This document shows positions 36,281-44,343 of a stretch of 64,000 bases of DNA, piece by piece. The notes under the pieces were generated by a model, which searched no databases, was not told the DNA's origin, and saw nothing but the letters and a program-made list of their open reading frames with translations. The translations under genes and the position numbers were made by a program. Origin of the DNA: Magnetococcales bacterium (GTDB lineage Bacteria > Pseudomonadota > Magnetococcia > Magnetococcales > JADFZT01). The DNA is taken from NCBI GenBank assembly GCA_015232395.1, contig JADFZT010000020.1, positions 338 through 64,337 on the forward strand. Reading direction: 5' to 3'. The first letter of the stretch is position 1. Each line of letters begins with the position of its first letter.

Positions 36281-36381
36281 GCGGCGACTCTTTGCAAAAA
36301 GCCGGAAACCTGTCCCTTGGGCCATGGGCATTTCTTCCTATTTGCCGGACATGCCGCCCCAAGACATAAAGCTCAAAAAAA

Positions 36382-36419
36382 CCTCTTCGCCGCCAGGATA
36401 AATACCTGCGGCGAAGAGG
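36382..36419. terminator. Bidirectional Rho-independent terminator
   Basis: CCTCTTCGCCGC (36382-36393) pairs perfectly with GCGGCGAAGAGG (36408-36419). A7 precedes the stem (a T7 tract on the minus strand) and GCTGTTTTGTCTGATTTT follows it on the plus strand. Confidence 0.65.
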
Positions 36420-36439
36420 GGCTGTTTTGTCTGATTTTC

Positions 36440-36900
36440 GCACTCCAGGGCCGTCTGGACTTGGAGGAAGGTTTGGATAGAGTCCATTTCCGCAAACACA
36501 ATCCAGCCTGATTTCGGGGACCAACCGAATCGACCTTGAGCCACATTTTTATGGACGTAGCGACAGATTTTCAGGACAATTTGCTCTGGTGGTGATATCT
36601 CCGGTTTCTGGTGCACTCTTTTTTCCATCGAGTAGACAGGAAAAATCGGCACCTTCTCCAAGCCGAGGCTCTTTGACATTCCGGGATGAGAATGATTTTT
36701 AAGCGGCTTGTCGTGGGCACTCGTGGTACAGCCCAGATTTTCCTGGTTCATCCGCTAGGATCAACTATCAGCTCTCCTCGGCTACCGGCATCCACCCCCT
36801 CCCCTTCTTCTTCGTGGTTTCATCTCGAAAATAATCTAAATCCATCACGATGCCATTGGATCACGGTTTGAGGCTTGACGATCACGTTTGCAGTATGGCT
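36440..36900 (-). pseudogene. Internally deleted copy of the rve-type IS
   Basis: It retains ...VKPQTVIQWHRDGFRLFSR and ...MNQENL (equivalent to residues ~75-110 of the full transposase). These are joined directly to the ~250-bp post-ORF tail, which is homologous to 33130-33310. The catalytic core is missing. Confidence 0.6.
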
Positions 36901-36940
36901 GGGAAGGGTGCTTTTGCCCCGGCGGGTTCCCGGGCAATCC

Positions 36941-37237
36941 ATTCCAGAAGTTTCGGCTTTGCAGGAGGTAGATGCCATGTTAGCGGAAGCAGTGCAGGAG
37001 TGGACAAAGAGTGGGAGGCCAAAGGGCGACAGAAAGGACAGCAGGAAGGCGAACAGATCGGTGAGCGGCGAGGTCAAGCCAAACTCCTTCGGTGCCAATT
37101 GCACCAAAAAATCGGGTCAAACTTACCCAGCTGGGTAGAAGAGAGGCTCGTCAAGGCCTCTTTTGGATAAAATCGAGGAATGGTCTGACCGACTTTTAGA
37201 TGCTCAATCCTTGGACGCAGTCTTTGTGTCGTCATAG
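36941..37237 (+). pseudogene. C-terminal fragment of a third, more divergent Rpn-family gene
   Basis: It reads IPEVSALQEVDAMLAEAVQEWTKEWEAKGRQKGQQEGEQIGERRGQAKLLRCQLHQKIGSNLPSWVEERLVKASFG, then a frameshift, then IEEWSDRLLDAQSLDAVFV. This parallels the tail of copies 1 and 2. The 5' end is cut by the deleted IS. Confidence 0.6.
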
Positions 37238-37239
37238 AC

Positions 37240-37345
37240 GTGGAAGGAGGTCACCGGAGTTACGTCCGAAAGCTGAAGAATAACAAGCCTGCGTACTGGG
37301 CTTTGGAGGTCATGTTCGACCCTATTCTTCTCAACTTGATGAAGC
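37240..37345 (+). repeat. Dispersed repeat family 1, copy B
   Basis: GTGGAAGGAGGTCACCGGAGTTACGTCCGAAAGCTGAAGAATAACAAGCCTGCGTACTGGGCTTTGGAGGTC... ends 8 nt before the cyclase start codon. Confidence 0.7.
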
Positions 37346-37352
37346 CAGAAAC

Positions 37353-39515
37353 ATGCCTATAAAAAAGCCATTTTCCATCTCGTTTCAAGTCAAATTGACC
37401 AGCATATTTTTGGTCATCATCCTCACCCTGACCAGTGGTTTGATTATCCAGGGCTACCGCAGCTCGTCAATCATGGTGATGGAATCGGCGCGAAACCTCC
37501 TACTCTCAACCAATGAAATCATCTTGGAACGGTTTGGGCGTATTTTTGATCCGGTATTTTCCATCGTCGCCATCTCTGCATCCACCCATGAAATTTCCAG
37601 GAGCGCAGCTCTTCAGGCCGCCCATCCAGCCATTCCCTTCATGCTCAAGGCACTGGAACTCAACCCGCAGCTGTATGCGGTCAACATGGGCTATGAAAAT
37701 GGCGATTTTTATGAAATTGCCCGCATCAACAATCAGGATGAGCTGAAGGCACGTATCGGTGCACCGCCTGAAGCCTACTATGGGTTATTGACGATAATTG
37801 GTCGAGAAGGGGATGAAACAAAAGAAAAAGTCTGGATCTATCTAAATCGATCCGGAACAGAAATCAGTCGCGGCAAAATAGTTGAATCCACCTATGATCC
37901 CCGAAAACGCCCCTGGTATCAGATTGCCGAAGAGAAGAGTGGGGTGGCCATGACCGACATGTACTTCTATTCTGATCTTAAAAAACCGGGGGTCTCCTTT
38001 TCACATCTGTTTAACGCCTCTTCCAAAGGGGTATTTACGGCCAATTTGACCCTGACCGAACTATCGAATTTTTTATCCAGCCAACTGGTCAGCAAATCAA
38101 GCCGTATTTTTCTGTTTGACGAGTATGGAAAGCTGTTTGCCCACCCGGATGAAATGCGCACCATGAAACCGGTGGTCGATGGCAAGACTGGAATAACGCG
38201 CTTGGAAGTGGCCAAGGTATCGGATCTGCAGGATCCAGTGGTGACTGAGGTTATCGATCGCTATCAAAACGGCAGCTGGGATGACCTTTCGACCATTGAC
38301 GTGGCGGGGGAAACCTATATCGCCAAAGTCACACCCATTCCTGAGCGATATGGCGACAATCTGGCGATTGTCCTGATTGTTCCGGTCAGTGAATTTCTCG
38401 GCCCCATTGCTGAAATGGGCATTGAGAGCGCCATCATATCGATCCTCTTTATCCTGTTTTTTCTGCCGCTGGTCATTTTGATCTCCAAGTGGTTTTCAAC
38501 CTCTCTGCAAGCGTTGGCGGATGAGGCTGAGCAGATTCGACTTTTCAACCTGGATGGCACAGCCACCATTTCTTCACGGATCAGTGAGATTCAGCAGCTG
38601 GCCGGGTCGATTGCCACCATGAAAATCACCCTGCGCAGTTTTAGCAGCTACATGCCCAAGGCGTTGGTACGCAATATTGTGGAATCGGGTCTGGTGCCGA
38701 AACCGGGCGGTGAACGGCGGGAGGTAACCATCCTGTTTTCAGACATACAGGGGTTTACATCGTTATCGGAAAAGCTGGAACCAGAGGAAATTTTGATTCA
38801 AACATCCAGATATTTTGAAATGTTGACCCTGGCCATTTCAAAGCACAATGGGGTCATCGACAAATTTATCGGGGATGCCGTCATGGCTGTCTGGAACGGC
38901 TTGATTCCAAATCCAAACCATGCCGCTGACGCCTGTATGGCCATGCTGGCCTGTCGTGAAGAGAGCCACGCTTTAAACAGGCGGTTTGCCGCCGGGGGCA
39001 AACCGATTTTTTATTCCCGTTTTGGTCTCCATGGTGGCGATACGGTGGTTGGCAATGTGGGCTCTTCGGAACGGATTGATTTTACTGCCATCGGATCAAC
39101 CGTCAATATGGCCGCCCGAACCGAGGGGCTCAATAAGTTTTATGGTACCCAACTTCTGGTCACCAAAAATGTGCGCGATGGGGCTGGGCCACGTTTTGTG
39201 TTCCGTTCCATGGATAAGGTGGTCGCCAAAGGAACCACACAGCCGATGGAAGTCTATGAACTACTCGGCGAGGACGATCCACAGAGCCCTTATGCCATCG
39301 ATCCTGACCGGAAAAAATGGATCGCGCTATGGGAAGAGGCTTATGCTCTCTATCTCAATCGGCAGTGGCGCGAGGCCATGACGTTGTTCGACGAACTCCA
39401 AATCACTGTGCCGGATGACCAACCGTCAGTGCTCTATCGACAACGATGCGAAAAACACCTGATCCATCCCCCCGGATCATCCTGGGAGGGGGTGGAGCAG
39501 TACGATGAAAAGTAA
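37353..39515 (+). CDS. Membrane-bound class III adenylate/guanylate cyclase (TM-Cache-like-TM-HAMP-CYC-helical C-terminus)
   Basis: Cyclase core: VTILFSDIQGFTSLSEKL...KFIGDAVMAVWN...RFGLHGGDTVVGNVGSSERIDFTAIGSTVNMAARTEGLNK. Two TM segments flank a ~300-aa extracytoplasmic domain. Confidence 0.9.
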   Translation: MPIKKPFSISFQVKLTSIFLVIILTLTSGLIIQGYRSSSIMVMESARNLLLSTNEIILERFGRIFDPVFSIVAISASTHEISRSAALQAAHPAIPFMLKALELNPQLYAVNMGYENGDFYEIARINNQDELKARIGAPPEAYYGLLTIIGREGDETKEKVWIYLNRSGTEISRGKIVESTYDPRKRPWYQIAEEKSGVAMTDMYFYSDLKKPGVSFSHLFNASSKGVFTANLTLTELSNFLSSQLVSKSSRIFLFDEYGKLFAHPDEMRTMKPVVDGKTGITRLEVAKVSDLQDPVVTEVIDRYQNGSWDDLSTIDVAGETYIAKVTPIPERYGDNLAIVLIVPVSEFLGPIAEMGIESAIISILFILFFLPLVILISKWFSTSLQALADEAEQIRLFNLDGTATISSRISEIQQLAGSIATMKITLRSFSSYMPKALVRNIVESGLVPKPGGERREVTILFSDIQGFTSLSEKLEPEEILIQTSRYFEMLTLAISKHNGVIDKFIGDAVMAVWNGLIPNPNHAADACMAMLACREESHALNRRFAAGGKPIFYSRFGLHGGDTVVGNVGSSERIDFTAIGSTVNMAARTEGLNKFYGTQLLVTKNVRDGAGPRFVFRSMDKVVAKGTTQPMEVYELLGEDDPQSPYAIDPDRKKWIALWEEAYALYLNRQWREAMTLFDELQITVPDDQPSVLYRQRCEKHLIHPPGSSWEGVEQYDEK

Positions 39516-39538
39516 GCAACCACTTGTGCTGCAAAACA

Positions 39539-39594
39539 GTGTCAAGTTGCCACCCAGTCGACCCCGTGGTAAATTTCCCACCATAGATACGACG
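39539..39594 (+). repeat. Dispersed repeat family 2, copy 1
   Basis: GTGTCAAGTTGCCACCCAGTCGACCCCGTGGTAAATTTCCCACCATAGATAC resembles 52163-52229 (GTGTCAAATTTGGCAACCAGCCCGCCCCATGGTAAATCTCCCACCATAGACAC...AAGCCACACC). The AAGCCACACA part recurs at ~39707. Confidence 0.6.
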
Positions 39595-39952
39595 CTCTCG
39601 CTCTACCACAGTCGGCCAGTACCAGAATAACAGGACAGAAAACGCGCACCAGCGATTGCATCATCAGGCATCAGCAAGCACACCGATGCGGAAATTCAAG
39701 CCACCAAGCCACACACAGCGTTTTCTCTCAACCACGTACCAATAAACAATCTTTGCACCAAGACCGCCACCTCCTATCAGCTCGTTTCTTTTTTGGAGCT
39801 TCATAAAAGGGTGATGGTGGAATGGAGTTGAGCCACCAGAGTGGTGCCCGAAATGGGATGGCAGGGGGGAGGACGCCTGCCACAGAACCCTTCTTGGCCC
39901 CTTGTTGGAGAGCTTGACGATGCCTCTGGATGACAGAACCGGGAAAAATGCC

Positions 39953-41308
39953 ATGACGATCATTCAAATAAGATGGATGTCGGTCATTTTGATTTTTATT
40001 TCAATCCTGTTCATCACGGGTCCAGGGGCAGGAAAAGCTCTGGCTGATCCCCTGGAAACAAGGACCGAAATAGAACAATTACGTCAGGAGCTCAAAGAGC
40101 TTCGGGCGCACTCGGAGCGGATGGAAAAAAAGCTTTTGGATCTGGAGGTCAAACAAAAGCTGGAAGAAACCGCTGTACAAGCCGAAAAAACCAAGAACGA
40201 GACAGCCTCCCTTAAAAAAGATCCCCCCCCCGCTGCAAAAAAAGAAACCATCAGGGTCCATGGAGCCGCTTCATTCGGATACCGCTATGTTGATCACAAA
40301 GGCGAAAGTCACCGCGATCATCTTGGCAGGGCTGCCTTCGGCCATTTTGACATCGATTTTGATGCAGAGATCAACAACATCCTGTTAGATGCCCAGTATC
40401 GACTCTACACTTGGGACGATATGATTCATCACGCCTCTGTCGGCTACCGCTTCAACGACGCTTGGCGTGTGGATGGGGGCATCCTGCGCGTTCCTTTCGG
40501 CAAGTTGCCCTATGCCTCCCATGATTGGTGGTGGGGCATTCCATACTATTTGGGATACGAGGATGACTTCGATGCCGGGGTCCAGCTCAGCGGGGATTTT
40601 GATGATTGGAATATGAAACTCGCCTTTTTCAAAAATGGTGAATATGGCGATCCAACACGAACAAGCCGCTACTCCATTGATGTGATACAGGATGCTGATT
40701 CCAACCAGAACAACATGGAAAACAATCAGTTCAACCTCTACCTTACTCGGGATGTCCATCTGGGAGAGATCTTCAAGGCAGAGCTTGGCGCCTCCTTGCA
40801 GTGGGGGCAGCTCTATAACGACGCCACCCACGAAAATGGGGATCATTGGGCTGGTGCCTTACACGTCAGCGCCGATTATGGCCCGTTCAACCTGATCCTG
40901 GAGGGTATCCGCTACGAACATGACCCCAAAAATCCGGATGGCGTTTCCAACGAATCCATTCTTCTTGGAGGACAGGGCGGCTCCTATTTGACAGCGGCCA
41001 AGGGGTGGATATGGGATGCCAACCTCCTTTACCGCAAACCCGTTGATTGGGGGCCGATCAACGCCATTGCCTTCTATGAAAACTATTCAATCCTCGACAA
41101 GGATCCCAATGGTTGGGCCAGCTCCCAGATCAATACCATTGGCATGAGCTTTGAAGCCAGTCCATTCTATATCTATATGGATTATACCGTAGGTAAAAAC
41201 GCCATTTGGATCGGCAATTCCACTGACGAACCGACCCCTATGACCACCGGCTCGGCTGATGCTGGCTGGAACGATATGTTCCTGCTTGAATTTGGCTACT
41301 ATTTTTAA
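39953..41308 (+). CDS. Porin-like outer-membrane beta-barrel protein with N-terminal coiled coil
   Basis: Signal peptide MTIIQIRWMSVILIFISILFITGPGAGKALA/DP (the frame is open from 39902). Alternating aromatic/polar strands are present. The C-terminus is ...FLLEFGYYF, ending in the terminal Phe typical of OMPs. Confidence 0.65.
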   Translation: MTIIQIRWMSVILIFISILFITGPGAGKALADPLETRTEIEQLRQELKELRAHSERMEKKLLDLEVKQKLEETAVQAEKTKNETASLKKDPPPAAKKETIRVHGAASFGYRYVDHKGESHRDHLGRAAFGHFDIDFDAEINNILLDAQYRLYTWDDMIHHASVGYRFNDAWRVDGGILRVPFGKLPYASHDWWWGIPYYLGYEDDFDAGVQLSGDFDDWNMKLAFFKNGEYGDPTRTSRYSIDVIQDADSNQNNMENNQFNLYLTRDVHLGEIFKAELGASLQWGQLYNDATHENGDHWAGALHVSADYGPFNLILEGIRYEHDPKNPDGVSNESILLGGQGGSYLTAAKGWIWDANLLYRKPVDWGPINAIAFYENYSILDKDPNGWASSQINTIGMSFEASPFYIYMDYTVGKNAIWIGNSTDEPTPMTTGSADAGWNDMFLLEFGYYF

Positions 41309-41472
41309 CCTGGTTCCGGCAATTGGGCGTGTACACATGGCGCAGCCTCTTGATCTGTCAAGCAAATGGGGGGAAAATCTCATGACCAATCAGGTCACCA
41401 CGATTTTCCCCCCATTTACTATATGAACCAATATGCTACAGCCGCCGTACACGCCCAACTGCTAGATCTGGT
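41309..41472. mobile_element. MITE-like element, copy 2 (inverted relative to copy 1)
   Basis: CCGGCAATTGGGCGTGTACACATGG...CAAGCAAATGGGGGGAAAATCTCATGACCAATCAGGTCACC...ACACGCCCAACTGC aligns along its length with the reverse complement of 20162-20328. It fills the gap between two convergent stops (41308 and 41473). Confidence 0.7.
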
Positions 41473-44343
41473 TTAAAGGGGAGGCAGCCCCAACCATTTA
41501 AAAAACTCGATGATCTTGGGCATGGCCATGGCCAGGGCAATCAGCAGGACCAGATAGCCGTTGACGAGCAGCTTTCTATCCATGCGGCTTTTGACCAGAT
41601 CCAGCTTTTCGTCAATCTTGGCCATTTGACCGCTCAGCTCACTGATCTGGCTTTTGACCTCTTTTTGTACGTTGTTAAAATTATCGCCGCTTTGGGAGTC
41701 CAATTTTTTATGTTGCTGTTCAATGCTGGCTGTAAGCTGCTGGAACTCCTGCTGGATGGTTTCAAAATAAGATTGGGTGGACTGGGAGTTGCTGTTCAAC
41801 CCTTGGCGCAACTGGCTGTCCATCTCCGTCACAACCGATTGCATCTGGCGGCGCTCTTCCTGAGCCTGGGACCAACCCGAGTCCATACGTGTTAAAATTT
41901 GTTCCTGGTGAACTTGGCCCGCCTGCTGATTCAAAACCGATTGTGCTTTGACCTCCTCCAGACGGGTCAAAATCTTCTCTTGGCCGGAGCGGCTGCTCTG
42001 CTGCCCATTTTCCAGGCTCTTGCCCGTTGCAGAAAAAAGGGATTCGAGATGATTTTGAAGCCTCTCCTGGCTGGAGAGGGTTTGGTTTTTCATATCCTCC
42101 AGGCGGAAAAAAATCTGTTCGTGCCCAGCAACGTTACTCTGCTGGAAACTGTCCAGCGTCTTCCCCGATGCCGCAAGAAGCGATTCAAAATGGCTTTGAA
42201 CCCTCTCCTGACTTGAAATCGTTTGTGCCTTGTTTGCTTCCAGGCGGGACAAAACCTTTTCGTGGTTCACAGCACTGATCTGTTGCAGATCTGTGAGATT
42301 TTTTTCCGCGACGGAAAAATTGGCTTCAAGGTCGTCTTGAACTTTTTCCTGATTTGCAACCGATAGAGCCTCTACGTCGTCCAGGCGGGATAAAATCCGC
42401 TCCTCTCCCGAAGCGCTGCTCTGTTGCAGGGTGGTGAGGCTCTTACCTGTCTCAGCAAAACGGCTATCCAGATGGCTTTGGGCCTGCTCCTGATTTAAAG
42501 CCGATTGGGCCTTGGCATCGTCCAGGCGGGACAAAATCCGCTCCTCTCCCGAAACGGTGCTCTGTTGCAGGGTGGCGAGGCTCTTACCTGTCTCAGCAAA
42601 ACGGCTATCCAGATGGCTTTGGGCCTGCTCCTGATTTAAGGCTGATTGGGCCTTGGCATCATCCAGGCGGGATAAAATCCGCTCCTCTCCCGAAGCGCTG
42701 CTCTGTTGCAGGGTGGCGAGGCTCTTACCTGTCTCAGCAAAACGGCTATCCAGATGGCTTTGGGCCTGCTCCTGATTTAAGGCTGATTGGGCCTTGGCAT
42801 CATCCAGGCGAGATAAAATCCGCTCCTCTCCCGAAACGCTGCTCTGTTGCAGGATGGCGAGGCTCTTACCTGTCTCAGCAAAACGGCTATCCAGATGGCT
42901 TTGGGCCTGCTCCTGATTTAAGGCTGATTGGGCCTTGGCATCATCCAGGCGGGATAAAATCTGTTCGTCGCCCGAAGCACTGCTCTGTTGCAGGGTGGTG
43001 AGGGTCTTGCTGGTCGCAGCAAAATGGGCATCCAGGTGGTCTTGAGCCTTTTTCTGGTTCGCCTCAACACTGGTCTGAAACGCCTCTATGTGAGTCTGAG
43101 CCTGCTGAAAACGCTCTTTTATCTCCTGTTGGCTCTGGGCTGCACTGTTTTTATCGAGGTGATGCAACTCCTGCACTTTGGCCATGACATTGGCCAGGTG
43201 CTGCTCACTCTCCTGGCGTATCTGGGTTTGGCTGGCATTGACCTTTTGCCAAAAAGATTTCTGTTCGGAACGAATATTGTTGAACCCTTGCTGATAAACC
43301 AGATGAAATTGATTATCCCGGGCCTCAATCGCCTGGTGGAGTTCCAGCTGTTGTGTTCTGGATTTGTCAAAATCGCGCTCAATTTCCAGCCGAGCTTGTT
43401 TGCGACTGGCATCCAGAGCCTGGGAAAACTGTTTTAACGCCTCCAGGATTTCAAGCTGGCTCTCTTCAATGCGTTTGCGATCCGCCCCGGCCACGGTCAG
43501 ATTCAGCAGCAGTTCCTTGTGCAAACGCTCTGCAACCGACTGCATTTCCTCCAGTCCAGCCTCGTGGGCTGACTGGGCGCTTTGAAACTGCTGAGTGCAC
43601 ATGGCAACAAAGGCATCGATCTGATTCCGAGTCTCTTCACGCCACTGCCATGCCCTGTCGTCAGTCAGCAAATCCTCACGAAAATAGTGCAGGATACGCT
43701 CTACCGTTCTGGCCTGAGAGCGGGCCTCGGCTCTGGTCATGCCGACTTTGATCAAATGTTTGGCATAATACCGGCGATCCAATTTGGCCTTAAGCTTGTT
43801 CTTGCTCTGTTCCAGCTCCTGGTCCAATCCCCCCAGCTGCTGTTCCAGCTCCTGGCCCAGCTCCTGGTTCAACTCCTTCAGCTCTTGGTTCAATTCCTGC
43901 TCATAGGCTTTATCCAGCTCCTGGTCCAGCTCCAGCTCGTGATCAAGTTCCTGGCGCAACTCCTGATCAAGCGCCTCATCCTGATCCAGCTCCTGATCAA
44001 GCTCGTCGTCCTGGTCCAGCTCCTGATCCAGCTCGTCGTCCTGGTCCTCGTCCTCATCCTCGTCCTGGTCCAGCTCCTCATCCTGGTCCAGCTCCTGATC
44101 AAGCTCCTGGCGCAACTCCTGATCAAGCGCCTCGTCCTGATCCAGTTCCTGGTCCGACTCCTGATCCTTATTTTGCTCCTGGTCTGACCCCTGGTCCTGA
44201 TCCTGATACTGATCCTGGTCCAATTCCTGATCTTCCTCTCGGTCCTGATCCTGGTCCTCTTTCATGGTCTCTCCCTCAACGTCAGACAGGGTTTGTATCG
44301 TCATGGGGTTGCTATTGGGGTCACTCGTCATCGTTTGGATCAC
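41473..44343 (-). CDS. Tail-anchored coiled-coil protein with hyper-acidic D/E/Q N-terminus and 47-aa tandem repeats
   Basis: 956 aa from GTG 44343 (GTGA overlap with the upstream stop). The N-terminal ~170 aa are (D/E)Q(E/D)LDQ low complexity. The centre holds ~9 units of SGEERILSRLDDAKAQSALNQEQAQSHLDSRFAETGKSLATLQQSSA. The C-terminal hydrophobic helix is LLVNGYLVLLIALAMAMPKII. Confidence 0.7.
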   Translation of the reverse strand: MIQTMTSDPNSNPMTIQTLSDVEGETMKEDQDQDREEDQELDQDQYQDQDQGSDQEQNKDQESDQELDQDEALDQELRQELDQELDQDEELDQDEDEDEDQDDELDQELDQDDELDQELDQDEALDQELRQELDHELELDQELDKAYEQELNQELKELNQELGQELEQQLGGLDQELEQSKNKLKAKLDRRYYAKHLIKVGMTRAEARSQARTVERILHYFREDLLTDDRAWQWREETRNQIDAFVAMCTQQFQSAQSAHEAGLEEMQSVAERLHKELLLNLTVAGADRKRIEESQLEILEALKQFSQALDASRKQARLEIERDFDKSRTQQLELHQAIEARDNQFHLVYQQGFNNIRSEQKSFWQKVNASQTQIRQESEQHLANVMAKVQELHHLDKNSAAQSQQEIKERFQQAQTHIEAFQTSVEANQKKAQDHLDAHFAATSKTLTTLQQSSASGDEQILSRLDDAKAQSALNQEQAQSHLDSRFAETGKSLAILQQSSVSGEERILSRLDDAKAQSALNQEQAQSHLDSRFAETGKSLATLQQSSASGEERILSRLDDAKAQSALNQEQAQSHLDSRFAETGKSLATLQQSTVSGEERILSRLDDAKAQSALNQEQAQSHLDSRFAETGKSLTTLQQSSASGEERILSRLDDVEALSVANQEKVQDDLEANFSVAEKNLTDLQQISAVNHEKVLSRLEANKAQTISSQERVQSHFESLLAASGKTLDSFQQSNVAGHEQIFFRLEDMKNQTLSSQERLQNHLESLFSATGKSLENGQQSSRSGQEKILTRLEEVKAQSVLNQQAGQVHQEQILTRMDSGWSQAQEERRQMQSVVTEMDSQLRQGLNSNSQSTQSYFETIQQEFQQLTASIEQQHKKLDSQSGDNFNNVQKEVKSQISELSGQMAKIDEKLDLVKSRMDRKLLVNGYLVLLIALAMAMPKIIEFFKWLGLPPL
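42395..42985 (-). repeat. 141-bp near-identical tandem repeats (about 4 units) inside the coiled-coil gene
   Basis: The marker CTCTTACCTG recurs at 42440, 42581, 42722 and 42863, an exact 141-bp period. Flanking units are progressively diverged. Confidence 0.9.

Noticed and set aside
41473-44343. The hyper-acidic repeat protein as a biomineralisation (magnetosome-type) protein. The abundance of hemerythrin and CheB-CheR-PAS genes is reminiscent of magnetotactic bacteria.
   Set aside because: No mam or mms genes or other organism-identifying markers are in the window. Acidic composition alone is not diagnostic. It is kept only as an MscK-coupled protein of unknown function.
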